Of a stretch of DNA of 64,000 bases, positions 40,319-49,790 are shown piece by piece. The translations under genes and the position numbers were made by a program. The notes beneath the pieces are model-generated. The model had not been told where the DNA came from and did not search any database. It saw only the letters and a list, made by a program, of their open reading frames with translations. Source of the DNA: a virus; the IMG/VR virus record IMGVR_UViG_3300032313_001035. One strand, written 5' to 3'. Each line of letters opens with the position of its first letter. Within the stretch, counting starts at the first letter, position 1.

Positions 40319-41414
40319 TAAAAATAATATGAAAAAAGCTATTATAACAGGCATCACAGGTCAAGATGGATCTTATCTCGCTGAACTATTACTTGAGAAA
40401 GGTTATATTGTTCATGGAATTAAAAGACGTTCATCTTCCTTTAACACACAACGACTCGATAAATTCTTCGAACATCCTAACCTCCACCTGCACTATGGCG
40501 ATCTAACTGATTCGAGTAATCTAATAAAGTTGATTGCTGAAATTGAACCAGATGAAGTATACAACTTAGGAGCACAATCTCATGTAGCTGTATCATTTGA
40601 TTTACCAGAATATACTGCTGATGTTAATGCATTAGGTACACTGAGATTGCTCGAAGCGATTCGTTTTCTCAAACTTGAGAATAAAACTCGCTTCTATCAG
40701 GCATCGACATCTGAACTATTCGGCTCATCTGAACCACCCCAATCAGAACTAACACCATTCCATCCTCGATCTCCGTATGCAGTATCTAAGCTCTATGCGT
40801 ACTGGATTGTTAAGAACTATAGAGAAGCATATGGAATGTTTGCGTGTAATGGTATATTGTTCAATCACGAATCACCTCGTAGAGGAGAGACATTTGTAAC
40901 ACGAAAGATTACTCGTGGTATTGCAGAGATCTCTCTTGGTGTTAAGAGCGAGCTACGACTCGGTAATCTTGATGCTAAACGCGATTGGGGTCACGCAAAG
41001 GATTATGTATATATGCAATGGTTGATGCTTCAGCAAGATCATGCTGAAGACTTTGTCATTGCGACGAACAAACAAATCTCTGTTCGTGAATTTGTTCGCA
41101 TGTCTGCACGTGAGGCAGGTATGGAACTGGAATTTCATGGCGATGGGATTGAGGAGACTGGGATTGTCAAATCCATACTTGATGATCAGAAAGCCCCAGC
41201 AGTTAATGTAGGGGACGTTGTTATAAGAGTCGATGCTCGTTATTTCCGACCAGCAGAAGTGGAAACACTCTTAGGCGATCCTTCTAAGGCAAAAGAAAAA
41301 CTTGGGTGGTCTCCTGAAATTACTGTGGAGCAAATGTGTGCGGAAATGGTTGCTTCCGATCTTGCAGAATTACGCCGACATACCCTCCTTCAAAATTATG
41401 AGCATCGAAAATGA
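40308..41414 (+). CDS. gmd: GDP-mannose 4,6-dehydratase
   Basis: [67 protein letters not shown]. Confidence 0.97.
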   Translation: MKDNKNNMKKAIITGITGQDGSYLAELLLEKGYIVHGIKRRSSSFNTQRLDKFFEHPNLHLHYGDLTDSSNLIKLIAEIEPDEVYNLGAQSHVAVSFDLPEYTADVNALGTLRLLEAIRFLKLENKTRFYQASTSELFGSSEPPQSELTPFHPRSPYAVSKLYAYWIVKNYREAYGMFACNGILFNHESPRRGETFVTRKITRGIAEISLGVKSELRLGNLDAKRDWGHAKDYVYMQWLMLQQDHAEDFVIATNKQISVREFVRMSAREAGMELEFHGDGIEETGIVKSILDDQKAPAVNVGDVVIRVDARYFRPAEVETLLGDPSKAKEKLGWSPEITVEQMCAEMVASDLAELRRHTLLQNYEHRK

Positions 41415-42938
41415 AATCACTGGATCATTCATCTTAAATGATTTGTTATATGCAATGAGTGGAGCTTGTCTTGACCGTTTGTCTGCTAAGAGTTACCCTG
41501 ATAATCTTCACACTGATGTATGGTATGCAGTCGACTGGCAAGTGAGAAGTGCAATCCAAAATGAGATGAGAGAATATGAGCACAGCATCAAATAATATAT
41601 TTATTCCAAGTTCTTTGCCAGATGAGGCATGGACAATTAAAGATATTATAAGTGAGCAGTTCGAATTTGATCTTATATTTGATATCTGCGATGCTCTTAA
41701 ACTTGATGACAATGGGGATATTTTCTGGATTCTGAGGGGAGAGGTCTTTTATAACAAATCGATTATAACAAAATAAATATGAAAGAAATTCCCAAACATA
41801 TACCAATCTATAGCACCGTTTGCGATCTTGAATTTAACGCAATTCATGGTAGTATTCGTAAACATGTTAGAGATAGCATTCATCACGAAACACGCTATGA
41901 TATAGATGATAAGTTGGATTGGATTGTCTCTGATGCCATATTCGTCTCTGTGAGTAATAATGTAAATGGGACACTACAAGATTATGAATTTAAGAAATGA
42001 ATTGGTTATAAACCAGATAATAAGGAACAATATGGCGAGTATGAAGGAATCTATTGCCGCATCCCTCCGCGAAATCACTATGAATAACATCTGTGTAGCA
42101 GTGGGATATGGATCAGTCAATGGCGATGTTGTCAATGCGTGTGTTACGATCAACACCAATATACGCGAGGAAGTAAAAGAGTATGGGTATAGTAAATGAA
42201 ATAGATGACTCAGTTAATGGCTCAGTTAGTGACTCAGTTTATGACTCAGTTCATGACTCAGTTCGTAACTCTGTTCGTTACTCAGTTATTGACTTAGCTT
42301 ATGGTACAGTTTGTGGCTCAGTTCATAGCTCAGTTCGCAACTCAGTTCATAACAATGTAGAGAGTGAAATAGAAGGGTATGAATATTAAAAAGAAAATAG
42401 TTGACTCAGTTAATGACTCAGTTGGTTTCTCAGTCTGTATCTCAGTTAATAGATCAGTTTATAAGTCAGTTTGGGTCTCAGTTTGGAGCTCAGTTAGAGA
42501 CTCAGCTTGGGACTCAGTTAATAACTCAGTTCATAGCTCAGTTCGTATTAGTGTATCGAGAGAGATAAAAGAGCATGGATATAGTAAATGAAATAGATGA
42601 CTCAGTTAGTGACTCAGTTTGTGACACAGTTATTGACTTAGTTTATGGTACAGTTAGTGGCTCAGTTTGGGGCTCAGTTCGGGACTCAGTTTGGGGCTCA
42701 GTTCGTATTAGTGTATCGAGAGGGATAAAAGAGCATGAATATCGGAAGTGAAATAAATGAAGATGTGTATAATCTTGTGTGGGAGAATATATGGCGAGAA
42801 TGCAGAAAACCAATCATAGATCAAATGTCATCACTCGCACAGGTCAACACATATGATTCATTGGGATCGGTAATCGATGATACACTAAGAGGCAATATCA
42901 GTATAGAAGTTGTTATTAAAATGAGGGATAAAATATGA
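41398..42938 (+). other. array of 8 coupled mini-genes (41398, 41576, 41779, 41984, 42183, 42379, 42575, 42735)
   Basis: 58-73 aa ORFs, mostly overlapping through (E/D)(Y/H)E / M(N/S/D/G)I junctions; 42575..42751 read by eye. Confidence 0.75.
42209..42703 (+). repeat. 12-nt coding repeat CTCAGTT-N5 (x-x-S-V)
   Basis: about 30 units across three ORFs. Confidence 0.92.
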
Positions 42939-42978
42939 ATATTAATATAACTGTTAAAAACCACTTTATGATTAAGCC

Positions 42979-43530
42979 ATGAAACTTTTTTGGGACATAG
43001 ACGAAACACTCATCCACACAAAGATGAATCCATTCAAGCCAGAATGGAATTGCGAACTCCTTGTATTGGATGATTTTGTTCACTATACCCGCATCAGACC
43101 ATGCGCTCGCGAATTAATCGAATACAGTAGAACTCTTTTCGGTGGCGAAAATGTCTATATCTTGACGGCAGCAACTCATCAGTATGCTAGAGAAATCAGT
43201 CGTGTGGCTAATTGGGGATTTACTTCGGAGCAAATCTTTGCGCGGGAAAATGTGGAGCAATACACGCACCGATCATCAGGTGGTTGGGGCGCAGAACGTG
43301 TGCAAGTTACTGCACATCCTCTTGCTCATCCCGACAATATCTTGATTGACAATCTGCCCCCAGAGTGGAATGAAGAAAAAACGTCTTTTATGTTGATTAA
43401 TCCCAAGACCAACTACTTGAAAGTTAAGGATTACTTGGGCGACAATACCGATGAAGATATTTTTCGCGATAAGGTAAAACACTTTTTGAAAGAAAAAGCG
43501 AAAAATAATTTGACAAACTGTGAGAAATAG
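42979..43530 (+). CDS. HAD-superfamily (FCP1/NIF-like) phosphatase
   Basis: WDIDETLIH, IRP, ILTAA, ILIDN. Confidence 0.8.
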   Translation: MKLFWDIDETLIHTKMNPFKPEWNCELLVLDDFVHYTRIRPCARELIEYSRTLFGGENVYILTAATHQYAREISRVANWGFTSEQIFARENVEQYTHRSSGGWGAERVQVTAHPLAHPDNILIDNLPPEWNEEKTSFMLINPKTNYLKVKDYLGDNTDEDIFRDKVKHFLKEKAKNNLTNCEK

Positions 43531-44113
43531 TTTACTAAACTGTTTGGAAGATGGGGTGGAAATGCATATCCTTTCAATAGAAATATGGCAAAACGAAAAG
43601 GTATAAAATCAAAATTCCCAGAAATAATTTCATATTGGGAAACCAAAATATACGAAGGTGATATCGGGGTCGATTGGTGTGATGCTGATGAAAGATGTTG
43701 GAGATGTGGTTATAAAGCCAGATTAGAAAAATGCCACATCATACCACACTCTTTAGGTGGTGTGGATGAGGTTTCAAACTTAGTATTATTGTGTAATAGA
43801 TGCCATAAAGAAGCACCGAATTCAACCGACAAAGAATGCATGTGGGAATGGATTAAAGCTACCAAGGTAGCATTCTATGATATATTTTGGGCTCAACATG
43901 GACTGGAAGAATATGAAAAAATTTACAACACAAAAATCATCAATGATTTGAAAAATGTTGATTTGACAGATTCTAAAAAAATTAGAATGGTAGTTAGACG
44001 ATCTTTTGAAAATGTGTCTGTTCATTATGGGACAGGGAATTATAACACATCAACAGTTGCCTCAATAATAAAAAATATCACAAAAAACTTGACAAACTGT
44101 GAGAGATAGTTTA
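43510..44113 (+). repeat. 25-bp direct repeats flanking the HNH gene
   Basis: TTGACAAACTGTGAGA(A/G)ATAGTTTA at 43510-43534 and 44089-44113. Confidence 0.9.
43585..44109 (+). CDS. HNH endonuclease
   Basis: CWRCG...KCHIIPHSLGG...NLVLLCNRCH. Confidence 0.9.
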   Translation: MAKRKGIKSKFPEIISYWETKIYEGDIGVDWCDADERCWRCGYKARLEKCHIIPHSLGGVDEVSNLVLLCNRCHKEAPNSTDKECMWEWIKATKVAFYDIFWAQHGLEEYEKIYNTKIINDLKNVDLTDSKKIRMVVRRSFENVSVHYGTGNYNTSTVASIIKNITKNLTNCER

Positions 44114-44124
44114 TATTTCTCGTG

Positions 44125-44230
44125 TTGCCACATTCCAGCCTCCGCAATGAGGGCATTCAAAACGTAACGTGCATTAAGTCTACCTCTCCGTAATGAATGA
44201 GCGACCTGATCGGGGGTTGGAATGTGGTAA
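44125..44230 (+). ncRNA. about 106-nt structured RNA closed by a 20-bp stem
   Basis: TTGCCACATTCCAGCCTCCG pairs with CGGGGGTTGGAATGTGGTAA (G-U pairs); begins at +1 of TTGACA-N17-TATATT. Confidence 0.7.
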
Positions 44231-44277
44231 AAACTACATTATAATACAAGTATGCCAGAAAAAAAAATCACAAAACA

Positions 44278-44844
44278 ATGAAAACATATACAATAAAACT
44301 ACACGGTTACTGCACTGAAGCAAGAATCTATGAACTTGATCAAGATGCCGCTGAATATTGGAATAATCTTCTAATAGTTGGCGAAGACGAAAGTCTTTAT
44401 GAATATCTTGAGGGAGAAGCGACTGATCATTCACCAGAAGCTGACTTTTTGAATGGCGAGGATCAATTCGATGCATCGAGTCTATATGCCACAACTACAT
44501 ACATCGATACCGCCCAAGCTAGAATCAATGTTCAACATGGCGACGAAGAAGTTCTTAACATGGTATTGAATGAGGATGATGTTAATATCGAATGGGTCGA
44601 TGGTGATGAAATGCCAAGTCCAGCACTGCTGGTATCTGATTATTCAAAAGGGGTATTTTTCCAAACAGATTTGGAGCTTGATGATGAAAAAACATTTGAC
44701 AAATCCAAACTTAAAGTTATTCTAAGCGAGGAAGATGAAGGTGAGGCATTCATAGGAGTTTCTTATGATGGTGTTGAACTGGAATTAGACGATTTCTTCT
44801 TGACAGGAAAAGGAAGAACATACACAATTACGAATCTTGACTAA
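44278..44844 (+). CDS. highly acidic hypothetical protein
   Basis: Asp/Glu-rich ORF; first long gene of the operon. Confidence 0.7.
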   Translation: MKTYTIKLHGYCTEARIYELDQDAAEYWNNLLIVGEDESLYEYLEGEATDHSPEADFLNGEDQFDASSLYATTTYIDTAQARINVQHGDEEVLNMVLNEDDVNIEWVDGDEMPSPALLVSDYSKGVFFQTDLELDDEKTFDKSKLKVILSEEDEGEAFIGVSYDGVELELDDFFLTGKGRTYTITNLD

Positions 44845-44850
44845 CCAAAT

Positions 44851-45873
44851 ATGGAAAACAAAGAAACAAAAGATATGACAGAAAAAGTGGAAACTGCTAT
44901 GAAACAAAAAATCGACAAGCTCACACCTGAGCAGGAAGCGAAGATGCCTGAGTATGTCCAGAAATGGATTAACATTGGTATTAACACTGATCGTCTTGAT
45001 CCAGTTCGCACACGAAAAACGATTGATCAGTATCGTGCGTTGATCAATAGACCAGTAGATGTGCCATTGATTATCCTTAATAACCCTCTTGAAGCATGGG
45101 CTGCATGTCATCTCATTACCAACTTTGGTGTTAAGATCGAAGATCTCGATGCAGAGCTTGATGATGTATTCAATGGTAATCCTAAGAAGTATGATATTCC
45201 CCCTGCACAACTTCCATGGCAGTCTGGCTCATTCTTCGCTGCGACCTTTAGCTTCTATGACTTTATGTTTGAAGAAGTAGGTGTGGAGATTGATGCCGAA
45301 CTCTATGCTAAGTATAAGACATGGGAAGCAACTTCACAAATCGGTTGCATCTACCCTATGGAAGAGTATACCATTGTAAGTGAAAAGCCTACAGAGATTC
45401 ATCTCAATGCGGAGAATCGTCTGCATCGTAATGGTGGTGCTGCTCTAACTTATGCTGGTCGTGGTAATCTTAAAGTGTATTCTCTCAATGGTGTTCGTGT
45501 GCCAGAATATATTGCTGTTACGGATGAAGAGAAGCTCGATCTTGATTATTACAAGACTATTGCAAACGCTGACGTTAAAGCAGAATTTGTGAGGAAGGCG
45601 GGGATTGAACGCTTTAAGTCTCTTGGCAAACTTCTCGACACATATGAAAACTATATTGGTGCTGAGTATGAATGGTGGCATAAGAGTCAGTATGAACTCT
45701 GGGATATGGAAGCTATCTTTGATGGCTTGAGCAGTGCGCCATATCTCTCTATGGTCAATCAAACTACAGGTATCTTCCACTTCGAAGGTGTATCACCTGA
45801 TTGCCAAGACCTCAAGAGTGCAATCAAACAGCGTCTCGGTGGACGCGATATGGTTATCAAAGAAATTAAATAA
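44851..45873 (+). CDS. DUF6745-like protein lacking the internal tetrapeptide repeat
   Basis: LTPEQEAKMPEYVQKWINIG; FYDF; IVSEKPTEIH...RLHRNGGAAL.Y...VYSLNGVRVP; NADVK. Confidence 0.7.
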   Translation: MENKETKDMTEKVETAMKQKIDKLTPEQEAKMPEYVQKWINIGINTDRLDPVRTRKTIDQYRALINRPVDVPLIILNNPLEAWAACHLITNFGVKIEDLDAELDDVFNGNPKKYDIPPAQLPWQSGSFFAATFSFYDFMFEEVGVEIDAELYAKYKTWEATSQIGCIYPMEEYTIVSEKPTEIHLNAENRLHRNGGAALTYAGRGNLKVYSLNGVRVPEYIAVTDEEKLDLDYYKTIANADVKAEFVRKAGIERFKSLGKLLDTYENYIGAEYEWWHKSQYELWDMEAIFDGLSSAPYLSMVNQTTGIFHFEGVSPDCQDLKSAIKQRLGGRDMVIKEIK

Positions 45874-45905
45874 ATAAAACAATCAACAACGAAAGAAACA
45901 ACAAT

Positions 45906-46241
45906 ATGAACAAAACAACAGTAATCCTACATGGCGAAGCTATGCTATTCCCAGCCGAACTGCCAGCAGACGCAGTTGAAATTAAGCCTACTAACAACGA
46001 TCTGCATATTATTGCAGATAGTGAAACAACTGGCAATCACCATGTCGTTGATATGGTTGAAGGCACTAAAGTGTTTCGCTCTGGTGATCGCACATTCATT
46101 CGCAACTCTAAACCTACTCAGGTGCGTTGTGTGCATGCCAATCGTCACGATGCTATCGCTATGCCTCCTGGTGTGTGGCAAGTAGATGTACAGCAGGAAT
46201 TTGATCATTTTGCACAAAACATGCGAGCAGTTCGTGATTGA
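45906..46241 (+). CDS. His-rich partner protein typical of DUF6745 loci
   Basis: HGE, SETTGNHHV, H..RH..I.MPPG.W.V..QQEFD...RAVRD. Confidence 0.7.
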   Translation: MNKTTVILHGEAMLFPAELPADAVEIKPTNNDLHIIADSETTGNHHVVDMVEGTKVFRSGDRTFIRNSKPTQVRCVHANRHDAIAMPPGVWQVDVQQEFDHFAQNMRAVRD

Positions 46242-46256
46242 TAAACCTATAGAATC

Positions 46257-46296
46257 AAAGCGAGGAGTTTGTATTCTTATAAGCTCCTCGCTTTTT
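46257..46296 (+). terminator. hairpin/terminator between the DUF6745 operon and the second mini-gene array
   Basis: AAAGCGAGGAGTTT/AAGCTCCTCGCTTT followed by TT. Confidence 0.75.
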
Positions 46297-46301
46297 GTTG
46301 T

Positions 46302-47132
46302 ATGAATATTAAAGAGGAAATAGATGTCTCAGTTAGAGACTCAGTTGATAACTCAGTTAGGATCTCAGTTATTGACTCAGTTTATGGCTCAGTTGATAAC
46401 TTGGTTAATGGCTCGGTTAATGTCTTAGTTAGGAGCTCAGTTAATAACTCGGTTTATCAATCAGTTTGGAGCTCAATTAGAGACTCAGTTAGTAACACTG
46501 TTAGTATTGCGATAAACGATTATGAATATTGAACAGCATATTTATGATACAGTTTGGTTATCTAATCAATCCATACATCTCAGTCTTGAGATGCATACTC
46601 GTGTTGTAACTTCTCCTCTCTTATTTGACGCTGTACACAAAAAAATTAATGTGTTAGTATGGAGCGCTGTATCATCAGAAGTATATAGGAACGTTCGGGA
46701 GTGCATAGAAGAATATGAATATTGATAAGGAAATAGATCGCTCAGTTTGTGACTCAGTTAATGACTCAGTTATGAACTCAACTAGGAAATCGGTTCGGTT
46801 CTCAGTTAAGGACTCAGTTTGGAGCTCAGTTTTTGGTTCAGTTCGCCGCTCAGTTTGTGACTCAGTTAGCATTGCGATAAACGATTATGAATATGACAAA
46901 GCAATCAGTTGAATATTGTGTTTGGAATAATGGTTGGCGTGACATTGATTTTTTGCGCATTGCATTAAGGGCAAATGCTGAAAATCATGTTGATGAAGAA
47001 CCTTTGTATAAAATACAGATTAGTGTGCCACGAAATATTATTAATACAATTGGTGGTAATGTTCCATTTGCTGGCGGTTTTGAATTAAAGTCAACTCTTA
47101 ACACAGAGCTAAGAGAGCGTAAATATAAATAA
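46302..47132 (+). other. second array of 4 coupled mini-genes (46302, 46522, 46715, 46887)
   Basis: MNI starts overlapping YEY ends; CTCAGTT-N5 repeats in 46302 and 46715. Confidence 0.8.
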
Positions 47133-47398
47133 ATTATAATGTATACTTGTTGTAATCAGAATGATCATAAAAACCACATTATGATGTGGGTGTGCAAAGC
47201 GACAAAATAATGAAAAAAAATACGCCAAAACTTAAAGCAATGAAACAAATTGCGCGTATCATGTTTAGGCTTAATCATTTTCTTGAACCTTATGGCTTGA
47301 CAAATGATTTTAAACGGCTACGCTTTATGAATCGCTCATTGTTTCGATGGCATACTGGACTAGAAACACCTACAGAAAAATGAAATCACCATATTGAT

Positions 47399-47629
47399 AT
47401 GAAACATAAATTTTATTATTACGAATATACTGACGATGGTGGAGTGACATGGACGATGGGAGATTATCGCCGCTATCTCATGCCTATTGTAGAATTGGCA
47501 AATGCGCAGCCTTATCGTTTTCGTGTTTGCGATCAAGATGATGACGTGATAGATCCTGTAGAAATACAAGAAGCAACCGATCAAATCCGTTTAATGAATT
47601 TAATCTTTAATAAAGAAGGTCAACTATGA
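47399..47629 (+). CDS. hypothetical protein
   Basis: co-oriented ORF, ATGA-coupled to the next gene. Confidence 0.55.
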   Translation: MKHKFYYYEYTDDGGVTWTMGDYRRYLMPIVELANAQPYRFRVCDQDDDVIDPVEIQEATDQIRLMNLIFNKEGQL

Positions 47630-47838
47630 AACTAATCAAAGCAGGAAATAAACTCAAAAGAATCTGGCGCGGAACTTGTCGAAACTGCGAATCAGAGTTT
47701 GAAGATACCGAAGAAAATGTGAGACTTGGAAAGGTCGAAAGTTGCATTCGCGAAAGAGAAGAATTTGCGCATCGCGATTGCCCAGAATGTGGGCGTAAAG
47801 CGGGAAGGGCAGTTATTCTTTATCCTATTGAATTTTGA
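47626..47838 (+). CDS. zinc-ribbon protein
   Basis: CRNC...CPECG. Confidence 0.65.
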   Translation: MKLIKAGNKLKRIWRGTCRNCESEFEDTEENVRLGKVESCIREREEFAHRDCPECGRKAGRAVILYPIEF

Positions 47839-47850
47839 TAAAATAAATAT

Positions 47851-48174
47851 ATGAAACCAGAACAGCAAAGGCTAAAAATAGCCGAGGTTTGTGGATGGGA
47901 AATCAACAAAAGAAAATGGCTAGCAAAACCACCAAACGATAGTTGGCAATATTTAGATACAATGCCAGACTACCTCAACGACCTCAACGCGATGCATGAG
48001 GCTGAGAAAAACCTTAAACCTAAACAACAAGTAGATTACTGGCTTTGGGTAAATAAATTGGCAGGAAATGACCCGACCAATAGCATTTACTTAGTATGGG
48101 GAGATGCTATTTTTGCTACCGCAGCCCAACGCGCCGAAGCTTTCTTGCGAACCCTCAAACTCTGGGAAGAATAA
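47851..48174 (+). CDS. conserved phage protein (PDYLNDLNAMHEAE family)
   Basis: IAEVCGW, PDYLNDLNAMHEAE, ATAAQRAEAFL. Confidence 0.7.
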   Translation: MKPEQQRLKIAEVCGWEINKRKWLAKPPNDSWQYLDTMPDYLNDLNAMHEAEKNLKPKQQVDYWLWVNKLAGNDPTNSIYLVWGDAIFATAAQRAEAFLRTLKLWEE

Positions 48175-48179
48175 CAAAC

Positions 48180-48281
48180 AAGTGTGTGGTGTAGTGGTAG
48201 CACAACCCAAGCAAAGGGCTTCTTGTCCGATAGGATAGGTGGTATTTCATCGAGGTGCAGGTTCGATTCCTGCCACACTTA
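48180..48281 (+). ncRNA. tRNA-like RNA with extra arms (GCA in an atypical loop)
   Basis: AAGTGTG/CACACTT acceptor, normal D arm and GGTTCGATTCC T arm, about 35-nt structured insert. Confidence 0.65.
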
Positions 48282-48296
48282 CAATTTTCTTCTTGA

Positions 48297-48711
48297 CAAG
48301 ACCCCAACAATGTGGTTTAATTCTCCCTAAAATCAAGCACATCGAATTCTAAATGAACATTATTATGATTGACATTAAACAACTCAAATCTGAACTAGCA
48401 CAAACTAAGAAAGACCTTAAAGCTGAGGAAAAACGAACACGAAAGCTTGAAGTGCTTATCAAAGAATTTGCGGAACGTCTCAATGATTGCGAAGAAATCT
48501 TTAGTATTGTTCTTGCGCTTGATGAGGATCTTAGAGGCGAAAAAACTGTCGATATTTCTACAAAGAGAATGAAACAACTTGTCCGAGAGATCAACACCGC
48601 TTATAATCGCAATACAAAGACATTAAGCAAGAGAGCCTCGTTCATCTATGCTAACGAAATCTAAACAAACATCAGCATGCCAAGACTCCAATAATGTGGT
48701 TTAATTCTCCC
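48297..48711 (+). repeat. 31-bp promoter-bearing direct repeats flanking ORF 48353..48664
   Basis: CAAGAC(C/T)CCAA(C/T)AATGTGGTTTAATTCTCCC at 48297 and 48681. Confidence 0.85.
48353..48664 (+). CDS. coiled-coil hypothetical protein
   Basis: heptad-rich ORF after a TTGACA-N17-TTTAAT promoter. Confidence 0.6.
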   Translation: MNIIMIDIKQLKSELAQTKKDLKAEEKRTRKLEVLIKEFAERLNDCEEIFSIVLALDEDLRGEKTVDISTKRMKQLVREINTAYNRNTKTLSKRASFIYANEI

Positions 48712-48730
48712 GCACCCAATAATAAACAAT

Positions 48731-49120
48731 ATGAAAAAAAATCAACTAATCGAACAACTCCAAAAAATCAAAGGCAATCCCGAAATCAAAATGTGGAATG
48801 GTCTTGTTGAAGATTGGATGAACATTGGAATTGTGGAATGTGAATTGGTAAAACGATGCGCCGAACATATTCGTTGGAGCATCGAAATGGACTGGAAGCA
48901 AAGAAACAAATCATGGGAAATCCCCGCTGATGTTCAACAATATCTTGACCAGTGTATCAAAGATCAAATCAGAGAAGAAGAATGGGACTTCCCGAATCAA
49001 TACCTAGATAAAGAAGGGGAAAAAAGATGGTATGGTAAAAACAGAAAAAAAGTCGTAATGATTGATGCAAAACAAAGAAACAAAACGTATGCTGATCGAC
49101 TTGGAAAAATTAGCTACTAA
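48731..49120 (+). CDS. hypothetical protein
   Basis: co-oriented ORF after a promoter copy. Confidence 0.65.
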   Translation: MKKNQLIEQLQKIKGNPEIKMWNGLVEDWMNIGIVECELVKRCAEHIRWSIEMDWKQRNKSWEIPADVQQYLDQCIKDQIREEEWDFPNQYLDKEGEKRWYGKNRKKVVMIDAKQRNKTYADRLGKISY

Positions 49121-49790
49121 AACTGCCGATATGGAACAAGAACTGCAAAATTCATTGGAGAAATTGCTCGAAACATATGAAGAGCGTCTTCCTCAGATTA
49201 CAAACGACCGATTCTGGACTGATCGAGAAGAAGCTTATGCTAATGGCAGGGAAAGCGAACTGGAAGATGTTATATCTGATCTGAAAGCAATTCTCCACAA
49301 AGTTAAATAATTTCTTGACAACAAAACAAAATCCGATACAATACCAATATGATAAAAATTATAAAACAAATAGCTTATGCTAAAGGACAGCATGATTTGA
49401 CATGCAAGTTGTTGGCAATCGATCCAAATGTTGATGCAAACAGTGATACACTTTACGAAGAAGTATGTCATCTATTGTCAGTGATAAAAGAACTCGATGA
49501 ATACATCAAGAAAAATGGTAAAGTTCGAGTTTATAAGTCTTCCTTGTATCATCAAATGGTTCAGGATATTTTATCAAAAACTGAATTTGACCAATGATAG
49601 ATATTAGTGATATTATCGACACCAACAACGATATTGCATTTCGTTTGATGCATGATGAATTCATATCTTTTTTCTGGGGAAGTGAATATTGGAAGTTGGA
49701 ATTTTTGGTCGATGATGTATTATCACCCATAAATGACATCATAATGTTTTATGATTATCAATACGAAACAAATTCTTAATATATATAATT

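Noticed and set aside
42183-46912. CTCAGTT repeats as a CRISPR array
   Set aside because: Repeat (7 nt) and spacer (5 nt) are far too short, they stay in frame within ORFs, and there are no cas genes.
42183-46912. Classical diversity-generating retroelement
   Set aside because: No reverse transcriptase or TR/VR pair in the window, and the adenine of TCA is mostly unmutated. Kept only as a hypothesis to test.
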